A stretch of DNA of 63,705 nucleotides, counting the filler, from Basidiobolus meristosporus CBS 931.73 (taxonomy: Eukaryota > Fungi > Basidiobolomycota), in NCBI GenBank assembly GCA_002104905.1. It is 4 parts of 4 records of this genome, joined end to end, with 100 filler letters (N's around TTAATTAATTAA, not from the genome) between each part and the next. Parts side by side here need not be neighbours in the genome. Positions count along the whole stretch, not along the records: positions 46,161 to 55,995 come from MCFE01001313.1; positions 56,096 to 63,705 come from MCFE01001351.1; 2 more parts are not named here. One strand, given 5' to 3'. The notes beneath the pieces were generated by a model that did no database searches, had not been told where the DNA came from, and saw nothing but the letters and a program-made list of their open reading frames with translations. A program made the position numbers and the translations under genes. Below, one piece after another: positions 49,721-60,490 of this stretch (positions are counted from its first letter, which is position 1; each line of letters starts with the position of its first letter).

Positions 49721-50266
49721 CTAAATGTTGGCTTGCCACATGGCCAATACAAACATGAAAGTGCCTAGTATGCCAGTACTGAAGTACAAACGGTCCCCGG
49801 CATTAGGAATGACTGTTGGTGCAGGGTTGTTAGCTACGCTGGTGCTCTGTGACACAGCTGGGCTCACGCTAGGTTTGGCAACAGGTGATACACCTGTGCT
49901 GGCTGATGCTGGAGCTGAAGTGATTGCTGAGGATGGAAGCGATGCTGACCCAATGCTGGACCTGACACTGGACGGACTTGCTGAACTGATGACACCACTG
50001 CTTGGGATGCCAGTGCCAACCGGGCCAACTCCTGATGATCTTGGTGGCTGGCTTCCACTTGCACTCACTGGGGACTTTGGTCTTCCAGATGAGGCAGGTG
50101 GACCGTGAGTCCCACTAGGCACAGAGTGAGGGGACCCGCTGACGGTGCTTGAGGATGGCAAATCATCGGAGGTAGGGTCATCGAATGTCTGAGCTTGTGA
50201 GATTGAAGCGGCCAATGCTACAATGAGCAACGCACTGAGCACTGAGAGTCTGTAGTTCATTTTCAT
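49721..50266 (-). CDS. Secreted Ser/Pro/Thr-rich putative GPI-anchored protein, copy 3 (181 aa)
   Basis: As above; tail PN-AGDRLYFSTGILGTFMFVLAMWQANI. Confidence 0.87.
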   Translation of the reverse strand: MKMNYRLSVLSALLIVALAASISQAQTFDDPTSDDLPSSSTVSGSPHSVPSGTHGPPASSGRPKSPVSASGSQPPRSSGVGPVGTGIPSSGVISSASPSSVRSSIGSASLPSSAITSAPASASTGVSPVAKPSVSPAVSQSTSVANNPAPTVIPNAGDRLYFSTGILGTFMFVLAMWQANI

Positions 50267-50892
50267 GCTGGTGGATGCAAGAATGGCAGAATGAGAGAGA
50301 TGAGAATGGAGGTGATTGTTGAGTAGTCAGGAATACATCCCAGCACTTATATACTCCGGAGCAGTGACTGCCAAGTAACATCCGAGTAGGCTAAGTCTGA
50401 TAGCCTGGAAATGGTAATTGGGCTGAAGTGAGTCGATTACTCCTGATGAGGGTAGAATTGCCCTAGGTTCCACTGGTCTGATACCTCGAAACACTCAACA
50501 ATGTTGGCATCTTGGTGGCCAATCTTTAGTTTTTGTATTCGTATATATGCCAGTATCATCTGATACACGCTCTTAAGGAGCTTGGCATCGCTCTCGCTCA
50601 AAGCGGTGCTGCCACAAATAATCCAGATCCGAATGGAGGGAACGATGATACAATGTTGAGCAAGTTGGGGAATAATCTCAAAGGATGCTTAACGGCAAAG
50701 ATGTAAAATGTATATATTTGTGTGTACACCAAAGTTTACATGGAGTAGGGGATATGAGATGTATAAACAAGAAGTTGAAAATCAATCTATAAATGACGAA
50801 GATCATAGATGAATTCAGGCACGTAGAGTTCTGCAGAGCTAAGAAGGCCCAAAAAATAATTACAAGAAATATTCAAGGGGAGCTGGTCATCC

Positions 50893-53800
50893 TCAGACAT
50901 AAAACCTAGAAGAATTCTCGGTTAGCAAATACTAGGAAGAACATGAATGGTGGGGGTGTTCACTTACTTCTTGTTGATCAAGAACAGCAATAAATTGACG
51001 TTGACCGTGACTGCCCCATCAAACAAGGTCGTCACGTTGACGTTGTCGAATTGCAATTGAAGGAGATCCTCCAATCTCAGGATCATGTCCGCGATCTTCG
51101 CGCCCATCATATACGCCTCAATGGAGAACACGCCGGCCTCATCCGACGAGATCGTCATCGCAATCTTCTCAAATTGCTTGGGAGAGAATTGTTCCATAGA
51201 GAGCAGAACGCCCTTTTGTGCCAGTCGCTCGGCCGTGTACTTGTAGGAACCGAATCTGGGCATCTTTCCACTCTTCTGCAGGTCCTTCAGGTGGAAATAC
51301 TGCCGGGTGAATGGCAGGACCCTGGAACGCTTGTTCTTCTTTTGCGAAAGCTGGCTCATGCAGGTGTGGATGTAATCTAGGTAGGTATTCTTTTGTTCCT
51401 CGAGATAGTTGCTCTTGTCGGCAAGATTCAAAAGCGTCTGGCGAATACGCTTCATCTCCTGTCTGCGTTGGATGCGACGTCGGTGCTTGTTGCGCACATC
51501 CGTCGCGATCGAGTTGATCATCTCTTGGTAACCACTTTCGTACGAGACTCTTCCCTCGCGCTCCAAAAGATTCAGATAATCAAAGGTGACTTTCTTGAGA
51601 GTCAGGAAGTCCACCCCGCTGATGTCAAAGTTGCTCTTGATCCCCTCGCCCTTTGCTCTCTCTTGGGCAATCATCTCCTGGAATCTTTTTTCATCTCGGT
51701 TGGTAACGGGTCTTTCCAGAATATCCAGAAGCGTTCTGCCTGATTGTATACGGATGATATAAAGAACGAGACGTTTGGTCTCTACAAACAATTGTTTGAC
51801 CTCCGATTCTTCCTCGCCCAGATCGGCCAGCTTGTTGGTCAAGGTCAGGGACAATTCACGATCCTGGAACCCGCTCTTAATGGTCGGAGCGGGGCCTAGG
51901 TCTTCCAGAACAGCGCGTAATGGATCGTCCATTTCCGGCGCCAACATATCAAGACTCTCCTCAAGCATCGCGTGCACAGAAAAGACCTCGCTAGTGTTAA
52001 TATAGATGACTGGCTTCTGGCGATTCGCCAGATCAAGGAACTCGTCAATCTGGAAGTAAACCTCGGGATCGCACACCGCAGTGACATTGTAGGAATACTG
52101 GGCAAAGCTTTCCGAAGTGAATTTCACGTAGCTGTCCAATGCTTTCAAACCCACATTCTCATTTGAAAAGGGTTTGCCAACGCAGACTTGGTTTAACATC
52201 TTAGCAACCTCGGCCAGATTCTTACGTTGCAAAGGGTTGATGTTGGTTTCTATCACGTCGAATGTCTCCGGGGCGATAATTGCAGGATTGATGTAACGGT
52301 AGTACACCAAATTTCCGACTACTTTGAGGATAGTGTTCTCCTGTTCATTGGGCAGCTTCGCCATCAATGCTTCCCGGAGCTCACGAGCAATGTATCTGAT
52401 ACCGTAGGGCATCTTGTCCAACGAGTTGTGGATCGAGTTGACGAAATTCGTGGTGATAGTGGTTAGCTGTTTCAAGTGGGAGATGAGAACCTGTCGGGTT
52501 TCAACATCTTCCAGGGCCGAATCGAGAGGGATGTCATATGGACGGTTACTCTTCTTTCCCTCTCTGGATTCCTCTTCTCTGATTAATTTACGATAGATGG
52601 CCAACGGATCAGTCTCTAGGTCAAGCGTGGGGTCTTCAATGATTTGCTTGACTAGCGGTTGAAGCAACTCACGCAAATACTTTCTTTCCTTTGCCCCGCG
52701 ATTGTAATGGACGGCTAGCTTAATGAATACCGGATTGCCTCGTAAAAAGTCGGAAACCGTCTCAACGTTCGAAATTTCGACATCAATGGCGGCCTTGAAC
52801 AGCTTCAACAAAAGGTACTCCTCTCGCTCATTCTGCGCAAAACCGAACAAGGTCAAAACGACAGTCTCGACAAATTTCTTGGTTCTATCTCCCATGAAGT
52901 TTTGGTTCATGATGAAGAGAAGACGCGCCAAATAGATTGGGTGTGTCTGAAGTAAATAGAACAGTTGTTGGTAGCACTCCAACTTGTGTCTATTATCCTT
53001 GTCTAGACTCTTCAGTGACGAAGCGGCAGCGTGATAATCATCTGATACATTGTACTGCCTTTTAGATGCACGGATAACTTCGTCCAGAGAAATTCGATTC
53101 TTGACTAGAAGGGCGATTTTAATATCAAGATCGTTCAAGTGCGTCTCCAACTCATTATTCTGACGAATAGTCAAAACAGCTTGCTGACGTAGACGCTCCA
53201 ATTCCATCTCTTCCTGGAAATCCTTGTCCCCGTCGTCTAACAAATGAATGAAGTTTCGCATGGTCGATACAGGCGGATCCTCAACCATAGTCAACGTACG
53301 GTATGCGTTGTTCGCAAGCTTGGCTCGAAATACGCTTTGAACCTTGATGATCTTGTCGGCATTGTTGACATAATGCTCCCAACGTTTACGTTCCTGATTC
53401 TTACGGATGAATCCTCGGACACACTGCTGCACTTTGATAACCTCTTCCTCATGAGTGGCATAATGCTCGAGTAAACCACCAACTTTTTTACGGGAAAGCA
53501 CGCCGCGAGCCATCGCTTGAAGCTTATGGACAGCGGATTCACGCTGGCGCAAATACTCGCGTATCTCATCCTGCCGCTTACGAACTAGGAAGCCACGAGC
53601 GATAGCCTGAGAGCGAATCACTTGATCTTGATAACCATAGTAATGACTGAGTGTTCCTCGAATATTACGTCGAGCTAGCAATCCTCGGGCCATAGCTTGT
53701 AATTGGGTGATCTCATTTTCAAACATCAAGCAATGTTCAAGAACGGCGCCAAGTCTGCTTCTGGTAAGCACTCCTCTAGCAAGGGCCTGAATCTGGGTAA

Positions 53801-55995
53801 TGGCAGGGACATTGCTTTGCACCCTATCTAAAAATCCGTCCATCTCCTTGCGAGCCAACATGCCACGAGCAAGCGCCTGTACCTGAACAATCGCAGGGGT
53901 ACTACGGTGCAACTGGCTGTGGATATCATCGATCCTTTTGCGAGTCAACACACCTCGGGCAAGAGCTTGGATTGAGGTGACTGCTGAGATGCTATCAAGC
54001 AGTTTCTCTTCTAAAGCGTTTTTCTGCTTGCGAGCAAGCATGCCTCGAGCAACAGCCTGCACCTTAACTATATCATCAGTGTTTTGATGATAGTGATCCA
54101 GTGTTTGCTTCAGGTGGTTACGAGCCTGAATTCCCCGGAATACTGCTTGAGCTTTGACTACTTTGTCCATGTTATCAACATAGTGATCCATAGTAGCCTT
54201 GAATTTCTTCCGGTTCAGAAGGCCCCGGATCAAAGCCTGCGTTTTCACTACTTTCGATTCGTTATTGTGATAGTGCTTTCGCATGTTTTGAACAGCTCGA
54301 CGAGCTAATAAACCACGGGCGACCGCTTGTGCTCTGACCACTCTTGGTACGTTGTCTCCATAGTGCTTTTTCATTTCTTGCTGAGCTTGGCGGACCTTGT
54401 TGCCTCGAGCAATAGCCTGTGCCTTGACAACCTTATCGATGTTTTGATGGTAATAGTTCTCCATATCAATTCGTGCCTTCCGTACCATATGACCGCGGAT
54501 GGTTGCTTGTATGCGAGCAATCTTGTCCTGATTTTTCCTATAATGGGCTAGTTTTTGCTGGAAATGTCTTCGGGCAAAGTAACCACGGGCGAGCGACTGT
54601 ATCTTGACAACATTATCGGTGTTGGAACCAAAATATGCCAGCTTTTCTTGATAGCGTCTACGTGCGAAGTGGCCACGGACGACTGATTGCGCTTGAACAA
54701 TACGAGATTGATTACTACGGAAATGATCGAGGGTTGCATTGAAAACGCTTCGGGTATTTCTGCCCTTTACAAAAGCCTGGATCTTCACAACCTCTTTTTC
54801 GTGCTGCTTGTAATGGTTGAGCATGCTATTCAACCGCTTTCTGGCTAGGTAAGCTCTTGCGAGGGCTTGTACTTGTGCGATGCTCTTGGCATTCTGCGTG
54901 AGAAACACCTCATTACTGTGGCGTGAGCGACGTACTAAATAACCACGAGCCAGTGCTTGCATCTTAACAATGAAATCAGCATTTTGCCGAAGAAGATTTG
55001 TGTTGCGATGGTAACGGTGCCGTGAAAGATAGCCACGGGCCCGTGCTTGAATTTGGATGATCGTGTTTTCGTTCATTTGATGTCGAGAAACCAGCTGTTG
55101 AATAGATTTGCGAGCCAATAGTCCACGGCAAAGGCATTGTAGCTAAGGGTTGAATAGATTAGTTGGGGAGCTCACGTGATATTTTTTGGGTGTGTATACC
55201 TTGGTGATTTGCGGCTTCATCACTCCAAGTTTCTGAAGTTTAGAGTCGAGAGACTTCCTAGCAAGAACACCTCGCATTTGGGCCTGTATATGGGTGAGCG
55301 CGATGGTCGATTGCTGATGGATACGTTTCTGCTCGGTGAACTTTTTCGAGGCTAGGTATGATCTTGCAATGGCCTGGCACTTGATTACATGACCTTCGTT
55401 CTCTGACCAGTATATCGTTCCACTGGAAGAGCAGGTTAACCAAGGGATTCGCGAAATATTCTCATGTCATTAGCCTTACGTTCTTCTGCAGTTGGCATTG
55501 GTTCCGGCTCTGGTTCGGGCTCTGGTTCATTCAATTCTTTTGCAAGAGTCTTTTTGAGGCTGCTGAAAGCAGGCCATAGCGACTCCGGACCTATCGAGCT
55601 CATCCTGAGTGTTTTTCAATTGCTCGTCTAAATCAGATTGGTCGGATTTTTAGCATCATTCCGCTCAGCAAATAGCAGTCTTGCTCATACCTGTAAAGTT
55701 GAGCTTGCCCACCAAGTTATTTACATTTGGCGCCCGGCCTTTTTTAAATAGGAAATGTCTATGGTATAGTGGATTAGAGCATGTCAACCGAAGCGACCGA
55801 GTGGAGAATCGACTTACCCAAGTGCATGTATACAGTAAATCACCTTTGGTATATTTTTCTTCTCGTACAGATCAGTCAACTCAAAAAGAAAGTTCTATAG
55901 AAAAGTGGTTAAGTGGTGGGATCAGACAGGCCAACGATAAAGTGGAAGAATACGTACCTCAGGCAGCCCGATCTTGTGGATCGCATCGAAGAAAT
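50893..55995 (-). CDS. IQG1: IQGAP-family cytokinesis scaffold (CH, about 23 IQ motifs, RasGAP-related, RasGAP_C), multi-exon, 5' end lost in gap
   Basis: Spliced CH-domain exons (...IGLPE / NFLFELTDLYE...KNIPKVIYCIHALG / HFLFKKGRAP); 30-aa IQ repeats; GRD motif NLVYYRYINPAI; last intron gives ...LINKKFYV stop at 50893. Confidence 0.95.
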
Positions 55996-56095
55996 NNNNN
56001 NNNNNNNNNNNNNNNNNNNNNNNNNNNNNNNNNNNNNNNTTAATTAATTAANNNNNNNNNNNNNNNNNNNNNNNNNNNNNNNNNNNNNNNNNNNN
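55996..56095. other. Artificial 100-nt scaffold spacer
   Basis: 44N-TTAATTAATTAA-44N. Confidence 0.97.
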
Positions 56096-57610
56096 ATATA
56101 TGATGCTCTAATGTATAGTCCTGGAGCTTCTTTCCCAGGTTCTTAATTTTTTCTTTGTACAGTCATCATATATGGGCACTGACAATGTTGGAGACGGACA
56201 GTAAACTAATCTAACTAATTTATTCTCTATAAATTCATGTATGAAACAATGTCAAATATCTATGGGCTTAGTTCCAGCATGAAAAGCGGGATTTCTTCTT
56301 AATTGTATACATCCTTGATTATCTTGAAATATAGTAATAGGTGCTTTTTGACACAGGCCTAAATCTGTAAAAAGCTTCCTTAACCACATTGCTTCTTCTG
56401 TAGCTTCACAGACTGCCATATACTTGGCCTCTGTGGTTGAAAGTGCTACGGTTGCTTACTTGAATTCCATGAAATTGCTCCTTTACAGGAAAGAAAGGTG
56501 TATCCTGTGGTAGATCTTCTATCCTGCAAATTTTGTCCCCAATCAGCATCAGAGTATCCCACTTGATCCTGTTCTGAATTCTTATAAGTGTATCTTGAGC
56601 AGATACTAGTAGATCCTTTCAGGTATCTAAAGATCCACTTAACTACTGCAATATGATCAGATCCATAGTTCTGATTATGCTGGCTGATAACTCCCACTGA
56701 ATATGAGGTATCTGGACGTGTTTCAGGCCTAATATACATCAGACTACCAACCATAGATTGATATGAAAAGTCAGGGCTTTTAGATGGCACCAAGCTCTCT
56801 TTATTTGGTTGAGTTTTGACCAAGTTAGGGTTTGACTCCATTGGGGTAGCTGCCAGTTTACAGTCTTCCATTTGGTACTTCTTTAGTACATCCTGAATAT
56901 ACTTGGACTGGCTGAGGGTGATAGTTTGGGTACTTCTGTCTATGGAGAATGTAATCCCTAAGTAGCAACTGAGTTCTCCTAGATTGGACATATTGAACCC
57001 CTTAAATAGGCTGGATTTACTCTCTTCTAACATTGGTAGGTTATTAGCAGCTATAATAAAATCATCCACATATAGAGTCAATAGAGCTGGATTTGCCCTA
57101 TCTGGTTGATAGAATATACTATAGTCAGCATTACTCCTTCTGAAACTCAAAGATTCCTGATAAAAATCTCTCTTGCAATTCCAGGCTCTCTGTGATTGTG
57201 TAAGACCCTATAGAGATTTTCTAAGCTTGCAGACCAAACAGGGGTTATCTTGGTAAAAAACCCCATCAGGCTGGTCCATTTACATGTCCTCATTAAGTTC
57301 TCCATTCAAAAATGCAGTTTTATATCCATCTGATGTATAAAAGCTTATGCTTGGCTACAATAGCCAATATCAATCTGATGTAATTAAACTTGGTTACCAG
57401 TGCAAAGGTCTCAGTATAGTCCTAAGCCTGATATTCCTCTGTCATTGCAGATCTCCAAAACTTTGTCTGAGGGCTATTGAGAGCCTCTTTTAGAGTCTGG
57501 GGTTCATCAATATGGACTTAATAGGCATAGGCTAAGTTTGTACCCTCATTGATATAGTAATTAGGACTGTTTCTTGTCCAGTTGGATCTCTGTGCATTTG
57601 ATACTGAAAT
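56096..57610 (-). mobile_element. Decayed copia-A RT/RNase H fragment, internally deleted (~57425), cut off at 57610
   Basis: LYVDDFIIAAN, GYSDADWG; colinear with A1 up to ...gatactgaaat, where TTAGGG begins. Confidence 0.92.
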
Positions 57611-58284
57611 TTAGGGTTGGGGGTCTAAGTTCTTTTATTGAATCTGATCAAGTATATTAATATAATTTCAACTTGATTCAAGCTGAATAGTGCAAATTAT
57701 ACAAAGAAAATAAATATATGGTTATGTGAAGGTAAAAAACTTATCAAGTTAAGTTAAGTTCTGAAAAGAAATTTGTCAACAAATCAGGCTAGAAAATGAA
57801 GTAGAGCTGGGAGTTATTTGAAAGCAAAGCACCAAGTGAAAGTGTAGAGCTATACTACCACTTTCTGGAAGGCAGGGATCTCACAGGAAGGCAGAAGCTC
57901 AGGTCTCATTGCAGATATGATAGTGGAAAGTCTCTGGATGAGCTCCCTTTGTTTGTGAAATTGGAACAAAGATTGGGTATTTTTGAATCAAAAGCAGCTC
58001 TCTACATGAGAGAAGTAAAAATACCTGCTACAGTGGGAGCACTTGGAACCCAATCAAAGTGTGCTCATTCTCCACCTTATGGCCTGGAAGGCAAAGAAGG
58101 AACTCTTGATGTAAAGGGATATGTCTGCTCCACTATGGGAATGTCTACTCTCATGAGAAATAAGCCCAACTCCATCTTTTGAGCTAGTAACTCTTGAGAT
58201 ATTCTTCAGCTTCCTTTTATGCATTGCTATAGAGAGAGGAATATGCTCTCTAAGTGGCTTGGCACTGTTAGAGGCCAGATAACC
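57611..58284 (-). mobile_element. 5'-truncated non-LTR retrotransposon 3' end (LINE family 2)
   Basis: Minus frame open from 58284 to ~57850 except two TGA; contains AIRWRMSTL*LGSKCSHCSRYFYFSHVESC (C-x2-C-x7-H-x3-C knuckle typical of LINE ORF2 ends); 3' UTR ends AATAAA...CCCCCAACCCTAA. Confidence 0.65.
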
Positions 58285-58471
58285 TTAGGGTTAGGGGAGG
58301 AAAGTCACCAAGTGGTGAAATCTTTATTTACTTATGACAAGAATCTAAAGAAGCCAAGTTAATCTGAAGTTATTCCTAGAAAGCTAGGTCTGAGAGATAT
58401 CTTCCTGGTAAGCCAGGTCTGAGAGTTGAGAAGCTGAGTGGTACTATATTTCCTAGTTAGCTAGGTCTGAG
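58285..58471 (-). mobile_element. ~185-nt non-coding SINE-like unit or truncated LINE tail with three hairpins and the family-1 3' terminus
   Basis: Shares GGCTTCTTT...AATAAAGAT-TCACC-loop-GGTGACT...CCCCTAACCCT with LINE family 1. Confidence 0.6.
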
Positions 58472-60490
58472 GGTTAGGGGGGAGACAGTCACCAACAGGT
58501 GAGATCTTTATTTCAGTTGAAACAAAGAAGCCAGCGCTACTGTTGTAGCTTTGATACAAGAGTGTGTAGCTGAGGGGAATTTGTAGGTAAGTTAATAAGA
58601 AGTGATGATAGTTCTTCAGTGCTCATGACACTGTTCAGTGGGAAGGGGGGTAGCAAGAAAGGTAAGAATGACTTGTGAACAACATTAATGAGGGGAATGT
58701 GATAAGGATTGATATTCATCATAAAGAGAGTGTGATGCTTCAGATATTGCTGCCAAAGGTCTGTCAAGTACTTCAGGTAGGCCAGCTTGGGTTTTTCTGA
58801 CTGCAGAATATAGTGAGCAAACTTCTTGACTTCAGGATCTCCAAGTATAGTTCTCCAGCAGGAGCCAGGTGATGTGTGGTGTGTTCTCTTCCAGGCCTTA
58901 ATCAGTGGGTTGTTGCAGTTGTGAAGTCTGAGGTATAATCTGGTTCTAAGGTAGAGAAGTCTGATCTTATAGGGCATAAACCCAAAAGCACCAAGAATAG
59001 CATGTCTGTAGGGGCATTCAGGCAAATGAGGCACCAAGGAGGTAATGCACCATACTGCAAACTTGTCAAGCTTAGTGCAGTCTCTAGAAGTGAGAGAGAG
59101 AAGTGGTGAGCCAAATTCCAGGACAGGGAAGACAAAATGCTTGAGTAGAAGGAGGCAGCTGGGAGCTGAAGTTGTAGGAGGAGTAACAGCCAGTAGCTTG
59201 TGGAGTGCCTGTCTTGCCAGGATAATTCTCTTCTTCAGGTGTGCTCCAGAGTCTAGTCCAGTAGGAAGGAAAGGAAAGCCAAGATATGTAGCAGAAACCT
59301 GAGCAGGTAGAGTGGAGTTCTCCAAGTTGATGGGAGAGCCCAAAGGTACTGTCTATGCAATGGAAAGCCGGAGATTATTCTTCTGCAGATACTGGTGGAT
59401 GGTCTGGGAGTCTTGTTGCACATTGGAGGAGGATATTCTGATGTCATCAGCAAAGAGAGTAACCAGGCAGTCAGCTGAGAGTCTTGGGAAATCATTCAGG
59501 AAGATGGCAAACAGTATAGGACCAAGCACAAAGCCTTGAACCACTCCATTAGGAACTGAGAACACAGTTGATTGCTCACTTGGGTGCAGAATTGTTGCTT
59601 GTGGATCCAGAAACAGAGACCTGACAAGGAGGGTGAGAGAGGTACTGGAGAAGCATTGCAACTTGGACCAAAGCAGATTTCTGTCAACTGAATCAAAGGC
59701 CTTAGTAATATCAAACAGAACAGAGGGATACTTGCACTGGAGAGAGTGATCTTGGCTAAGTATGACTGCATATTCCAAGGAGAGGCCAGGAAAAAAGCCA
59801 AACTGTGCAGGATGAAACTTGAGGGAGTCAGAGTAGAGCTCCTGAGCAAGCAGAAGCTCAAACACCTTTCTGCAGGTGGGCAGCAGAGATATTGGCCTGT
59901 AGGAGCTAGGATCCAGGTGCTTTCCTTTACCCTTGTACAGTGGCAGAACATTTGCAAAGGACCATTCCTCAGGAGTAGAAAGCTGGGCTGAGCATTGCTG
60001 AAACAGTGGAAGCAGAAGTGCAGACATGGCCTTGGTACTAGTCTTCAGAAGCTCATAAGAGATTGTGTTCACACCTGGAGCAGTAGAGTTGGGAAGCCTC
60101 TTGAGCACATTATGGATTCTCCTTTGATCAAGTGCAAGTGGGATGGGCAGAGTCTTGAAGTCAGGATGAAAGCCAGGAGTTGAGTACTGCTTTGTAGAGA
60201 AGAAGATGTTAGCCAGCTGTTCTGTTGTGGGTAACTTCCTGGAAGAGGGCCTCATTGCCCTGTAGAGTCTTGATACTGTTCTTGTTATAGAGTTGGAAGA
60301 TTGCAGAGGCAAAGAACTCATAATATGGTCCCAGAGCTGAGTATGTAGAGTGTGATGAATTGCCTTGGAGTGGTGTATGGCTGTCAGGAGGAGTTTCTCT
60401 GTTTTTGGGTTAGGGAAACTCAGGTAGCTTTGTTGCAGGGCTGAAACAATGGATTCCCATTTTCTTGAGGTAACAGCAGTAGTCTTGCAT
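58468..60490 (-). mobile_element. APE-type LINE family 1, copy A (5'-truncated, RT with one in-frame TAG at 59353-59355)
   Basis: YRPISLL, FDITKAFDSV, QG.VLGP, LFADD; close match to copy B; AAG in copy B is TAG here. Confidence 0.93.

Noticed and set aside
47352-50108. Antisense ORFs (99, 122, 127 aa) over the three surface-protein genes
   Set aside because: Shadow frames of GC-rich low-complexity coding sequence; no independent motif.
58375-58465. Short palindromic repeats with spacers as a CRISPR-like array
   Set aside because: Only three units with irregular 10-30-nt spacing, eukaryotic context, no cas genes; better explained as RNA hairpins of a retroelement tail.
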